This document shows, piece by piece, positions 1 through 8,450 of a stretch of 56,187 bases of DNA. The stretch's first letter is position 1; the number at the start of each line of letters is the position of its first letter. A program made the position numbers and the translations under genes. The DNA lies in the NCBI GenBank assembly GCA_017649705.1, contig JAGCGH010000089.1, positions 1 through 56,187 on the forward strand, given 5' to 3'. Source of the DNA: a bacterium (lineage in GTDB: Bacteria; Auribacterota; UBA3054). Below the pieces are notes generated by a model. That model saw nothing but the letters and a program-made list of their open reading frames with translations. It searched no databases and was not told where the DNA came from.

Positions 1-1
1 C

Positions 2-373
2 ACGATACTCCAGCAGTATCTGAACGCCGGCTTTCAGACGATCGGGCGTTCGGAATTCTACGACGACAAGCAGTACATAAAGGACAGCTACGCCTTCGTC
101 AGGTCGCAGGCCACCAACGTCTGCGCGGACGCGGCCGTTTATTGGGTAGGCTATTCGCACACGGAGGACCAGAGCTACGAGGAGGACGTGCCCAGGGAGG
201 AGAAGATCACGACCTATCATTCCAACGGCAGAAAGACCAAGACGGTCATCGAGTCCACTGAGACCAGATACGTCCAGAAGTACGTGGACATGTACCGCTA
301 CGTGGCGGTCTTTTTGAAGCGCCGCAGTTCTGGGACCGCGGCCCCGGCCGTGGCCATTCCCGTCAACTATTGA
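2..373 (+). CDS. C-terminal part of a hypothetical protein (5' end lies outside the window)
   Basis: Frame 2 is open from the window edge to TGA at 371-373. No family recognised. Abuts the pyrC stop with no spacer. Confidence 0.5.
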   Translation, partial: TILQQYLNAGFQTIGRSEFYDDKQYIKDSYAFVRSQATNVCADAAVYWVGYSHTEDQSYEEDVPREEKITTYHSNGRKTKTVIESTETRYVQKYVDMYRYVAVFLKRRSSGTAAPAVAIPVNY

Positions 374-1654
374 TCAGGCTTCGTATTTCACTTCGCCGCC
401 GACGATGGTCAAATTGACCTTGCCGTAGACTGATTTTCCCTGGAAGGGGCAGTTGCGGGCTTTCGATTTGAACGCCGCGGTGTCGATTTTGTATTCTGTG
501 TCGGCGCTCCAAACGGTCACGTCGGCGTCTGAGCCGGCTTTTAAGCTGCCTTTCGCTTTGAGCCTTAGTATCTTTGCCGGGTTGGTGGACATGAGCTCCA
601 CCAGGCGCATCACGGGCATTTTGTTTTCCTTTACAAGGGTGGTGTAGGAGACGGGCAGCGCCGTTTCCATTCCTATGATGCCGTTGGGGGCGTTGTCAAA
701 CTCCACGTCCTTGTTGGTGTAGGTGTGGGGGGCGTGGTCGGTGGCTATGCAGTCGACTGTTCCGTCCATCAGGCCTTCTATGAGCTTCTGGCGGTCTTTT
801 TCCGTCCGCAAGGGCGGGCTCATCTTGAAGTTGGTGTCGTATGTTTCAAGATCCGCGTCGGTCAGCGACATGTGGTGCGGCGTCACTTCGCAGGTAACTT
901 TAACGCCGCGGGATTTGGCGTCCCTGACCATGTAGATGCCGAGCCCCGTGGAAACGTGCTGCAGATGGATCCTGCCGCCGGTGTAGCCCGCGACCAGGAT
1001 GTCGCGCATCAGCATTATCTCTTCCGAAATGGAGGGCGTGCCGCGCAATCCCAGCTTGGTGGAGTAGAAGCCTTCGTTCATGGAGCCTTTGAAGTTGATG
1101 TCCTCGCAGTGGTCCATGACGAGGAGGTCGAACATTTTCGCGTATTCCGAGGCGCGGGACATCAAAAAGGAGTTCATGACCGGGCTGCCGTCGTCGGTGA
1201 TGGCGACGATGCCGGCCTTGTACATTTCGCCTATTTCGGAGAGTTCCTCGCCGGCCCGGCCTTTGGAGATGGTGCCGGTGGGAAGGACGTTGGCTTTGCC
1301 GACGCGTTTGCCTTCCAAAAGGATGAATTTCACCAGCGATACGTGGTCGATGGGCGGGATGGTGTTGGGCATGCAGACGATGGTCGAGAAGCCGCCCGCC
1401 ACGGCGGCGTTGCTGCCGCTTTCTATCGTTTCCTTGCTCTCCTGTCCCGGCTCCCTCAAGTGCACGTGCAGGTCGATGAAGCCCGGCGTGACGTAGGCGC
1501 CCTTGGCGTCTATGACTTTTTCGTCATTTAATGCCTTGGGGGCTTCGCCCAGGGCGCATTCTTTGATCTTGCCGTCTTCTATCCTAAGGTATCCCTTGCC
1601 TTCCAGTTTCTGGCTGGGATCCACTATCGTTCCGTTTATGATCAATGTTTTCAT
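374..1654 (-). CDS. pyrC: dihydroorotase
   Basis: 426 aa. Amidohydrolase metal motif DLHVHLREPG and a TDHAPH-type motif. Immediately downstream of pyrB. Confidence 0.9.
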   Translation of the reverse strand: MKTLIINGTIVDPSQKLEGKGYLRIEDGKIKECALGEAPKALNDEKVIDAKGAYVTPGFIDLHVHLREPGQESKETIESGSNAAVAGGFSTIVCMPNTIPPIDHVSLVKFILLEGKRVGKANVLPTGTISKGRAGEELSEIGEMYKAGIVAITDDGSPVMNSFLMSRASEYAKMFDLLVMDHCEDINFKGSMNEGFYSTKLGLRGTPSISEEIMLMRDILVAGYTGGRIHLQHVSTGLGIYMVRDAKSRGVKVTCEVTPHHMSLTDADLETYDTNFKMSPPLRTEKDRQKLIEGLMDGTVDCIATDHAPHTYTNKDVEFDNAPNGIIGMETALPVSYTTLVKENKMPVMRLVELMSTNPAKILRLKAKGSLKAGSDADVTVWSADTEYKIDTAAFKSKARNCPFQGKSVYGKVNLTIVGGEVKYEA

Positions 1655-1656
1655 GT

Positions 1657-2598
1657 TTATTCCTCGCTGATCTTGGTTCCGCCGGTGACCAGGAAGAGGA
1701 CGGCCATTCTGACCGCCAGTCCGTTGGTGACTTGCTGAAGGATGACGCTTCTCGGTCCGTCGGCTACGGTGCCGGATAATTCCACGCCGCGGTTGATGGG
1801 CCCCGGATGCATGACTATCAGGCTTTCCGGAGTCTGGTCTATCAGTTTTGTGCTCAGTCCGAAGTAGCGGGCGTATTCCCTGAGGCTCGGGAACTGCACC
1901 TGCTGCTCCCTTTCCCTTTGTATCCTAAGCATGTTGACGGCGTCGACTTTTTTCAGAGTGGCGGGCAGGTCGTAGGAGACTTCCACGCCTTCGCCCATCT
2001 TTTCTATTTCCCTCGGCATAAGGGTGGAGGGGCCGACGACCGTCACCTTCGCGCCGAGTTTCTGCAATCCCCAGATGTTGGAACGGGCGACTCTGCTGTG
2101 GCTGATGTCGCCGACGATCGCAACCTTCAGCCCTTTGAGGTCGCCGAATTTTTCCCTTAAGGTGTAGATGTCCAGAAGCGCCTGCGTCGGGTGCTCGTGC
2201 ATGCCGTCGCCGGCGTTGACGATCGAGGGCTCGATGTTTTCCGCCAGATAGTGGGGGACGCCGGCGCAGGAGTGCCTGACTACGATGGCGTCTATTCTGT
2301 AAGCGCAGAGGTTTTTGACCGTGTCGAGAAGCGTTTCGCCTTTTGTCACGCTCGAGGCGGCGATGTTTACGTTGACGATGTCGGCCGAGAGTCTTTTTTC
2401 CGCCACTTCAAAGGAGACTCTGGTCCTTGTACTGGGTTCGAAGAAGAGATTGACGACGGTCTTGCCCTGAAGGGCGGGCACCTTCTTGATCGAGCGGGTG
2501 GCGATCTGGGAGAAGGCCTTTGCCGTGTCCAGGATGATGGTGATCTCCTCGGCCGTCAGCTTTTCCAGCCCCAAGAGATCTTTTTTAGTCCATGGCAT
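1657..2598 (-). CDS. pyrB: aspartate carbamoyltransferase catalytic subunit
   Basis: 313 aa. Carbamoyl-phosphate motif FFEPSTRTR, plus HPTQ and HPGP motifs. AAGGAG Shine-Dalgarno upstream. Confidence 0.95.
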   Translation of the reverse strand: MPWTKKDLLGLEKLTAEEITIILDTAKAFSQIATRSIKKVPALQGKTVVNLFFEPSTRTRVSFEVAEKRLSADIVNVNIAASSVTKGETLLDTVKNLCAYRIDAIVVRHSCAGVPHYLAENIEPSIVNAGDGMHEHPTQALLDIYTLREKFGDLKGLKVAIVGDISHSRVARSNIWGLQKLGAKVTVVGPSTLMPREIEKMGEGVEVSYDLPATLKKVDAVNMLRIQREREQQVQFPSLREYARYFGLSTKLIDQTPESLIVMHPGPINRGVELSGTVADGPRSVILQQVTNGLAVRMAVLFLVTGGTKISEE

Positions 2599-2625
2599 AT
2601 ATGCTCCTTAATTTTATTTTCCTGC

Positions 2626-2655
2626 AAAAAAAATGACCTGGCCTTGGCCAAGTCA
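2626..2655 (-). terminator. intrinsic terminator or attenuator hairpin between pyrR and pyrB
   Basis: On the minus strand, TGACTTGGCC-AA-GGCCAGGTCA (10-bp arms, one mismatch, starting at the pyrR TGA) is followed by 8 U residues. Confidence 0.5.
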
Positions 2656-3171
2656 TTCTTTTATGACCTCAACGAGGTCTTCGCCGTCAAGTTCTTCCGT
2701 TTTGACGCTTATTGTTTCCTCGCTTTTCGTTTCCACCGAGAGACCGACGTAGTCCGCCTGGATGGGAAGTTCCCTCAAGCCGCGGTCAATCATGACGGCG
2801 AGCTTGATCATTTTCGCCCTGCCGTTGTCGGCCAGGGCGTCCAGGGCGGCCCTGATGGTGCGTCCGGTGTAAAGGACGTCGTCCACCAGAACGATTATTT
2901 TGTCGTTTATGTCTTCCGGAAGATCGGTGCTCCTGACGACAGGCCTCAGAGCGATCTGGGAAAGGTCGTCCCTGTAGAAGGTGATGTCCAGGATGCCGAA
3001 CCCGATCTTCTTTTTGGTCTTTTCCTCGATGAGTTTCACCAGCCTTTGCGCAAGGTAGACGCCGCGGCGCTGGATCCCGACGAGGATCGTTTCCTCAAGT
3101 GGAAGCGTCGAGAGCTTGTCCGCCAGTTCGGTTAGGGTGGCGGCGAATTTTTCTTTGTCAGCGATCAACAT
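2653..3171 (-). CDS. pyrR: PyrR, bifunctional pyrimidine regulatory protein / uracil phosphoribosyltransferase
   Basis: PRPP-binding motif VLVDDVLYTGRT. ATG at 3171 is preferred over the track's TTG at 3225, because a TGaTATAAT box (3197-3205) lies between them. Confidence 0.8.
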   Translation of the reverse strand: MLIADKEKFAATLTELADKLSTLPLEETILVGIQRRGVYLAQRLVKLIEEKTKKKIGFGILDITFYRDDLSQIALRPVVRSTDLPEDINDKIIVLVDDVLYTGRTIRAALDALADNGRAKMIKLAVMIDRGLRELPIQADYVGLSVETKSEETISVKTEELDGEDLVEVIKE

Positions 3172-3196
3172 AATTGAATTTCTTAGGATTTTTCTG

Positions 3197-3205
3197 ATTA
3201 TATCA
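3197..3205 (-). promoter_or_regulatory. extended -10 box (TGaTATAAT) for the pyrR operon
   Basis: Reverse complement of ATTATATCA. Embedded in the 15-bp palindrome TCTGAT-TAT-ATCAGA (3193-3207). Confidence 0.4.
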
Positions 3206-3245
3206 GAAGAGGCTTTTTTTGGCAAACGGGAGCGTTCGGCGGAGT

Positions 3246-3254
3246 TGGTATAAT
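3246..3254 (+). promoter_or_regulatory. extended -10 box (TGgTATAAT) 6 nt upstream of ATG 3261
   Basis: The TATAAT hexamer at 3249-3254 places the predicted +1 at about the A of the start codon. Confidence 0.4.
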
Positions 3255-3260
3255 AATGGT

Positions 3261-4028
3261 ATGAGAAGCATTGTCTGGAATCCCTGGCACGGCTGTCATA
3301 AGATCAGTGCCGGCTGCGCCAACTGTTACGTTTACCGCCGGGACGCCTCCATAAGGAAGGACGCCTCGGTGGTGGCGCGCACCAAGGATTTTTATCTTCC
3401 GATGCGGCGCCTGAGGGACGGCGGCTACAAGATCCCGCCGGGCTCTTTCCTGGACACTTGCTTCACTTCCGATTTCTTCGTGGAGGAGGCGGACGCCTGG
3501 CGGCCGGAGATCTGGGAGATGATGAAAATAAGGAGCGACCTGCATTTCTTTTTCATCACCAAAAGGATCGAAAGGATGGAAGCCTGCCTGCCCCCGGACT
3601 GGGGAGACTTCGGGTATCCCAACGTCAGCGTCGCCTGCACCGTGGAGAACCAGGCCATGGCGGACAGAAGGCTTCCCGTTTATCTGAAAGCGCCCCTGAG
3701 GCGCAGGTCGATAGTCTGCTCTCCTCTTTTGGAGCGCATCGATCTGAAGCAATATCTTACGGAGGACGTGACACACCTCACAGCGGCGGGGGAGTCGGGT
3801 CCGGACGCCAGGGTCTGCGACTACGAGTGGGTGCTGGATCTGAGAAGGCAGTGCGTTGAAACGGGGACTTCCTTTTATTTCATGCAGACAGGAGCCTGTT
3901 TCAGGAAGGACGGAAAGATCTACCGCGTGGAAAGGAAGATCCAGCACAGCCAGGCCAGGAAAGCGGGGATAAATTACAGCGCTCCAAAAAAGCGTACGCC
4001 CGACGGCCAGCTGCCGCTTTTCGATTAA
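3261..4028 (+). CDS. DUF5131 / phage Gp37-Gp68 family protein
   Basis: N-terminus WNPWHGCHKISAGCANCY matches the family signature (W-N-P-x-x-G-C-x-x-x-S-x-G-C-x-x-C-Y). Start moved to ATG 3261. Confidence 0.65.
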   Translation: MRSIVWNPWHGCHKISAGCANCYVYRRDASIRKDASVVARTKDFYLPMRRLRDGGYKIPPGSFLDTCFTSDFFVEEADAWRPEIWEMMKIRSDLHFFFITKRIERMEACLPPDWGDFGYPNVSVACTVENQAMADRRLPVYLKAPLRRRSIVCSPLLERIDLKQYLTEDVTHLTAAGESGPDARVCDYEWVLDLRRQCVETGTSFYFMQTGACFRKDGKIYRVERKIQHSQARKAGINYSAPKKRTPDGQLPLFD

Positions 4029-4034
4029 AACGTC

Positions 4035-4063
4035 TTGCCGGTCATGGCTGTTTTTGTTATAAT
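4035..4063 (+). promoter_or_regulatory. sigma70-like promoter TTGCCG-17-TATAAT (with TGt extension)
   Basis: -35 at 4035-4040, 17-nt spacer, -10 at 4058-4063, about 30 nt upstream of ATG 4093. Confidence 0.5.
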
Positions 4064-4092
4064 TTTTAATAATCTGTAATAATCAAAACACC

Positions 4093-5094
4093 ATGGCATC
4101 AGAACTTCACAAAACCAGAGTCGGCATTTTCGTTTGCTTAGGCTTCGCCCTAATAATCGCGGCGCTTTTGATTTGGAGCCATATCTCCTGGGGAGGCTCG
4201 CCCAGGACTTACTCCTGCTATTTCTGCGAAAGCGTCCAGGGGCTGACGGTCAGTTCCCCGGTCAGGTTCCGCGGCATCACGGTGGGGCAGGTGTCCCACA
4301 TCGGCATCGCCCCTGACGGCGAACTGGCGGAGATCTTCTTCGAGATCACTCCCCAGAGCGGTTTCAACGTCGAACAGGACAACATGTACATCCACATCAC
4401 GGGAAACCTTCTGACGGGCATCAAGTATCTTGAGATCGAGATGATAGGCGACAGGCCCAAGCCCAGCACGGATTTCCCCTTCGAACCAGATTATCCCGTG
4501 GTCGGAACTTACCACACGGTCTCCGCCGAGGACATCTTCTACCAGCTGACCAAAGTTCTGGACGACCTCAACATCAAGTCCATCTCCACTTCCATCACGA
4601 ACATCCTGGCCGGCGTCCAGCTGGTCCTGGGGCACAACAATCTTGCGCCGCTGGTGTCCAACGTGACGGCGACTTCCCAAAACATCAAGGAGATCACGGA
4701 CAATCTGAAGCATTCCGTCACCAAGCAGAACGTGGCGCTGCTTTGCACGAATCTCAACCAGGCGGTGGAGAATTTCCGCCAGGTCTCTTTCGCCCTGGAG
4801 AACAACCTGAACGACAACGTTGTCTCCAACATAGTCGGCAACATTCAGGAGACCACCGAAAAGGTCAAGCAGTCCGTGGAGGCCGTTTCTCCCGAAGAGA
4901 TAAAAGCCTTCGCGGATTCGCTGCAAAAACTTTTGCTGCACGTCAACATGCTCGTCAACATGACCAGCGAGGAAGTCGAGGACCTGATGGCCGAAGTCCA
5001 GCGGGCGGCCGTCAACATCAGGGCCTTCACGGAAGCCTTGCGAGCCAGGCCGGGACAGACTTTGTTCGGCGAGGATAAGGAGAAAAACAAATGA
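4093..5094 (+). CDS. MlaD/MCE-domain protein with long helical C-terminal extension
   Basis: N-terminal TM anchor. MCE core SPVRFRGITVGQVSHIGIAPDG. C-terminal half is low-complexity and helical. Confidence 0.75.
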   Translation: MASELHKTRVGIFVCLGFALIIAALLIWSHISWGGSPRTYSCYFCESVQGLTVSSPVRFRGITVGQVSHIGIAPDGELAEIFFEITPQSGFNVEQDNMYIHITGNLLTGIKYLEIEMIGDRPKPSTDFPFEPDYPVVGTYHTVSAEDIFYQLTKVLDDLNIKSISTSITNILAGVQLVLGHNNLAPLVSNVTATSQNIKEITDNLKHSVTKQNVALLCTNLNQAVENFRQVSFALENNLNDNVVSNIVGNIQETTEKVKQSVEAVSPEEIKAFADSLQKLLLHVNMLVNMTSEEVEDLMAEVQRAAVNIRAFTEALRARPGQTLFGEDKEKNK

Positions 5095-5744
5095 GAAAAC
5101 TTTTATTTTTGCTTTTGGCCTCGTTGATTTTGACAGGCTGCCTGAGCGGGATCTTCAAAAGGGAAGCTATAACCGTCAATTACTACCAGATAGAATATCC
5201 CGAAATAGACAAAATCTGTTCGGAACCCTTCGATCTCGCGCTTTCCTTCAGAAAGCTGCAGGTCAACTCCGCCTACGACCGCAGCACTCTTATATACATG
5301 AACGGCGACAAGTCCGGCGGCGTGTACAAATATGACGAGTGGCTAAGTTCTCCCGACGAACTGATCTTCTCCATGCTGCAAAGGGACCTGGAGGACGGCG
5401 GCGTCTTCAAGAGCCTCACCACCAGGACCTCCGGCGTCCTGCCGGATTATTCTCTGGTGGGGACCTTGGTGGAGGTTTACGAGAGCAGGGAGCTTTTGGG
5501 CATCAAAGCCAAGGCCCACGTGGTCATGCTCTTCACCCTGACGAGGCTGGACCGCGGCAGCAGAACTTCCAGGGTCGTGCTGCAGAAGCGCTACACAGCT
5601 GACAGCGAATGCGCGAGCGAGGATCCCGAATCCTACGTCCAGGGAGTCTGCTCCTCCATCCGCGAGATCTCCTGCAATCTGAACAAAGACATTCTTTCCG
5701 CGGTCACCGAAGAGGAGGACCGTCTTAAAAATTCCCAGAAATAA
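5091..5744 (+). CDS. PqiC/YmbA-like (DUF330) ABC-transport auxiliary lipoprotein
   Basis: Lipobox LILTGC. ATGA overlap with the upstream MCE gene. Size and pairing are typical of PqiC-type lipoproteins. Confidence 0.6.
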   Translation: MRKLLFLLLASLILTGCLSGIFKREAITVNYYQIEYPEIDKICSEPFDLALSFRKLQVNSAYDRSTLIYMNGDKSGGVYKYDEWLSSPDELIFSMLQRDLEDGGVFKSLTTRTSGVLPDYSLVGTLVEVYESRELLGIKAKAHVVMLFTLTRLDRGSRTSRVVLQKRYTADSECASEDPESYVQGVCSSIREISCNLNKDILSAVTEEEDRLKNSQK

Positions 5745-5759
5745 AAAACGACAAATATT

Positions 5760-7913
5760 ATGCGATCCCTAACCCTTTTCTCAGCGTTGACCACGATTTT
5801 TATGACCGCCTGCGCTTCCGACGTTCCCTTCAGTTTCAGCGGAGCTGAAAAGTCCGATGCCGTTCCGCCGCCCCCCGAGACCAAAAAGATCCCGGAGACC
5901 AACGTTTACCACGGCGTCGCTATAACGGACGACTACGCCTGGATGGAGGACAACACGAGATCCGACGTCCAGGAATGGACGAAAGCGCAAAATGAGCGTT
6001 TCTACGAATACGCCGACAAGCTGCCCGCGACCGCCTATCTTCAAAAAGAGCTGAAAAGGCTCTGGCGCTACGCCGACCGGACCGTGCCGGTGGAAGTTTA
6101 CGACGGCAAGCGCTTGTACTTCAGCAAAAAGGGCGTCGACGACACCAAGTGGATACTCATGACGAAAGAGAACGCCGACGCTCCGGAAAAGGTCGTTTTG
6201 GATCCGAACAAGTGGGACAAGGACGACTACCTTGCCTTCGCCTCGCGTTCCCGCGACGGCCGCTACGTGGCCTACGGCATAGGCCATGCCGGCGACGAGA
6301 ACCCTGTCATCCACGTTCTTGACGTGGAGAACGAAGTGGAGCTTCCCGACCGCGTGCGCGGCTGGAAGCAGGGCGTCAGTTGCTGGAAGAAAGACAACTC
6401 GGGCTTCTATTATTCCTGCAAGCCCCTCAAAGGCACCGTCCCGGATGGCGAGGAATTCTACTGGCATGCCGTTTACTTCCACAAGCTCGGGACGAGCGCG
6501 GAAGAGGACAAACTGATCTTCAATTCCGAAACGGAAAGGGAGAAATGGCACGGTGTGGATCTTTCCGACGACGAGAAATACATGCTCTACTACCGGGGCA
6601 ATTTCGGCAGCGCCGACATCTGGCTGAAGCGGAACGTGGAAGGCTCCGAGCTGGTTCCCGTGGTGGTTGGCAAGGAAGCCAACTTCGACGTGACCATGCT
6701 GGAAAACAGGCTTTTCATCAGGACGAACCTTGACGCCCCGAAATTCATGGTGTACGTTTCCGACATGGAGAAGCCTGGCATCGAGAACTGGCGGGTCTTC
6801 ATCCCCGAGAGCGAGGACAGATTGGACAGCCTCTCCTTCATCGACGGCGAGATCTACGCCGAGTACCTCCACGGCATCGACACGGAGATCAAGGTCTACG
6901 ACCTGGACGGCGCCTTCATAAGGACCATGACGCTGCCCGCCAAGCCCTGCAGCGCCGGCGTCTCCGGCTACTGGCACAAGGGCCCCGTCAGGGTCAACTG
7001 CTCCAGCTACCTCATTCCCAACACCACCTACAGCTACAACCTGAGCGAGGATTCCCTGACGGTGCTGAAGGAATTCCCGGTGAAATACGATCTTGAGAAT
7101 TGCTGCGCCACCCAGGTCTTCTATCCCTCCAAGGACGGCACGATGATCCCCATGACCATCATTTATCCCAAGGATATGAAGAAAGACGGCTCCTGCCCCT
7201 GCATCCTGGACGGCTACGGCGGCTTCAACGTTTCCCTGATGCCGGGCTTCATCGGCTACAACTCCCTCTGGGTGAACCAGGGCGGCGTCTTCGCCATCGC
7301 CAACTTAAGGGGCGGCGGGGAATACGGCGAGGAATGGCACAAGGCCGGCATGCGGGAAAAGAAGCAGAACGTTTTCGACGATTTCATCGCCGCGGCGGAA
7401 TATCTCATCAAGGAAGGCTACACCTCCAGGGAGAAGCTGGGCATCTCCGGCGGCAGCAACGGCGGATTGCTGGTGGGCGCCTGCGCCGTGCAGCGCCCCG
7501 ACCTTTACAAAGCCGTCAGGTGCGGCGTGCCGTTGCTTGACATGATCAAATACCACAAGTTCAGGATCGCCAACATCTGGAGCGAGGAGTACGGCACTTC
7601 CGACAGCAAGGAGCAATTCGAGTACATTTTGAAGTATTCCCCCTATCAGAACATCAAAGACGGCGTGGAATACCCCGCCATGCTAATCACAGGCGGCGAG
7701 AACGACGCCAGGGTGGATCCCATGCACGTGAGGAAGATGGGCGCGAAGCTGCAGGCCTGCTCCAAAGGCGGACCTGTCTTCCCGGTCATCTATTCCGACG
7801 CCGGCCACGGCTCCTCCGTGGACTTCGACTCCCGGGTCAGGCAGTACGCCAGGGAAGGCGCCTTCATGTACGACCAGCTCGGCCTTGAAATCAAAAATAA
7901 GGACGGGGAATAA
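5760..7913 (+). CDS. prolyl oligopeptidase (peptidase S9A), lipoprotein
   Basis: 717 aa. Signal peptide ending in MTAC. Beta-propeller plus hydrolase domains with nucleophile motif GGSNGGLL and a C-terminal D...H. Confidence 0.9.
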   Translation: MRSLTLFSALTTIFMTACASDVPFSFSGAEKSDAVPPPPETKKIPETNVYHGVAITDDYAWMEDNTRSDVQEWTKAQNERFYEYADKLPATAYLQKELKRLWRYADRTVPVEVYDGKRLYFSKKGVDDTKWILMTKENADAPEKVVLDPNKWDKDDYLAFASRSRDGRYVAYGIGHAGDENPVIHVLDVENEVELPDRVRGWKQGVSCWKKDNSGFYYSCKPLKGTVPDGEEFYWHAVYFHKLGTSAEEDKLIFNSETEREKWHGVDLSDDEKYMLYYRGNFGSADIWLKRNVEGSELVPVVVGKEANFDVTMLENRLFIRTNLDAPKFMVYVSDMEKPGIENWRVFIPESEDRLDSLSFIDGEIYAEYLHGIDTEIKVYDLDGAFIRTMTLPAKPCSAGVSGYWHKGPVRVNCSSYLIPNTTYSYNLSEDSLTVLKEFPVKYDLENCCATQVFYPSKDGTMIPMTIIYPKDMKKDGSCPCILDGYGGFNVSLMPGFIGYNSLWVNQGGVFAIANLRGGGEYGEEWHKAGMREKKQNVFDDFIAAAEYLIKEGYTSREKLGISGGSNGGLLVGACAVQRPDLYKAVRCGVPLLDMIKYHKFRIANIWSEEYGTSDSKEQFEYILKYSPYQNIKDGVEYPAMLITGGENDARVDPMHVRKMGAKLQACSKGGPVFPVIYSDAGHGSSVDFDSRVRQYAREGAFMYDQLGLEIKNKDGE

Positions 7914-7931
7914 CGCGTCCTCCTGAAAAAG

Positions 7932-7967
7932 AAAAAGCCCCGAAGAACTGGTCTTCGGGGCTTTTTT
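7932..7967. terminator. bidirectional intrinsic terminator
   Basis: AGCCCCGAAGA-ACTGG-TCTTCGGGGCT is flanked by an A-run and a T-run, between convergent genes. Confidence 0.8.
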
Positions 7968-7987
7968 GTTTCGGAAAGATCTATTTT

Positions 7988-8266
7988 TTATTCGGCGGAT
8001 TCCTTGGGGGGCTCGGTCTTCTTTTCGCGGGCTTCGCTCACGATAAGTTTCCTGCCGCCGACTTCCGCTTCATGAAAAGTCTCGATAGCTTTCTTGGTTT
8101 CTTCCTCGGTGCTCATTTCAACAAAACCGAAACCGCGGCTGCGCCTGGTCTCGCGATCAAAAATGACCGAAGCGGAATTGACGGTGCCGACTGTTGAGAA
8201 CAGCTTGGAGAGATCCTCTTTGGTCATTGCGTAGGGCATGTTGCCCACAAAGATTTTGGTAGGCAT
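7988..8266 (-). CDS. RRM-type RNA-binding protein
   Basis: 92 aa. RNP-2 motif IFVGNM and RNP-1 motif RGFGFVEM. Confidence 0.9.
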   Translation of the reverse strand: MPTKIFVGNMPYAMTKEDLSKLFSTVGTVNSASVIFDRETRRSRGFGFVEMSTEEETKKAIETFHEAEVGGRKLIVSEAREKKTEPPKESAE

Positions 8267-8433
8267 ATTTCTTTACCTTTTTTAAGTTGCGCTCAGCCCT
8301 ATGGGAACCTGTTTCCGCAAAATTCAGGCCAAGTTAAAAATAAACGAGTGATATTCTAGCAATAAGGGTGGAAAATAGCAAGGAAACGGTCGTGAAAATT
8401 GTGCAGCGCGGCCCGAGAGGCCTTTTTTTTATT

Positions 8434-8442
8434 TGATATAAT
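8434..8442 (+). promoter_or_regulatory. extended -10 box (TGaTATAAT) 8 nt upstream of ATG 8451
   Basis: Read directly from the sequence. No room for a Shine-Dalgarno. Confidence 0.4.
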
Positions 8443-8450
8443 TATAAATA

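Noticed and set aside
725-1531. Long ORFs antisense to or overlapping confidently assigned genes. Examples are 725-1531 (+), 2191-3135 (+), 8466-9749 (-), 14837-16084 (-), 17944-18825 (-), 19206-20174 (-), 42952-44652 (-) and 45048-45932 (-).
   Set aside because: They overlap genes with clear family motifs on the other strand or frame. Their translations are Arg/Gly/Pro/Ala-rich and low in complexity, with no motifs. Such shadow ORFs are expected in GC-rich DNA.
3265-3284. Minus-strand sequence AUUCCAGACAAUGCUUC, which resembles the PyrR RNA-binding loop (ARUCCAGAGAGGYU).
   Set aside because: The match is imperfect, with one extra nucleotide and 3 substitutions. It lies upstream of the predicted pyrR promoter and inside the opposite-strand DUF5131 CDS. 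A second look-alike, UCCACCGAGAGACC (2741-2754), is on the wrong strand.
8408-8430. GGCC-CGAGA-GGCC followed by T8 upstream of dinG, as a terminator or riboswitch-like element.
   Set aside because: The stem is only 4 bp, too weak to call. The T-run probably belongs to the AT-rich promoter region shared by the divergent genes.
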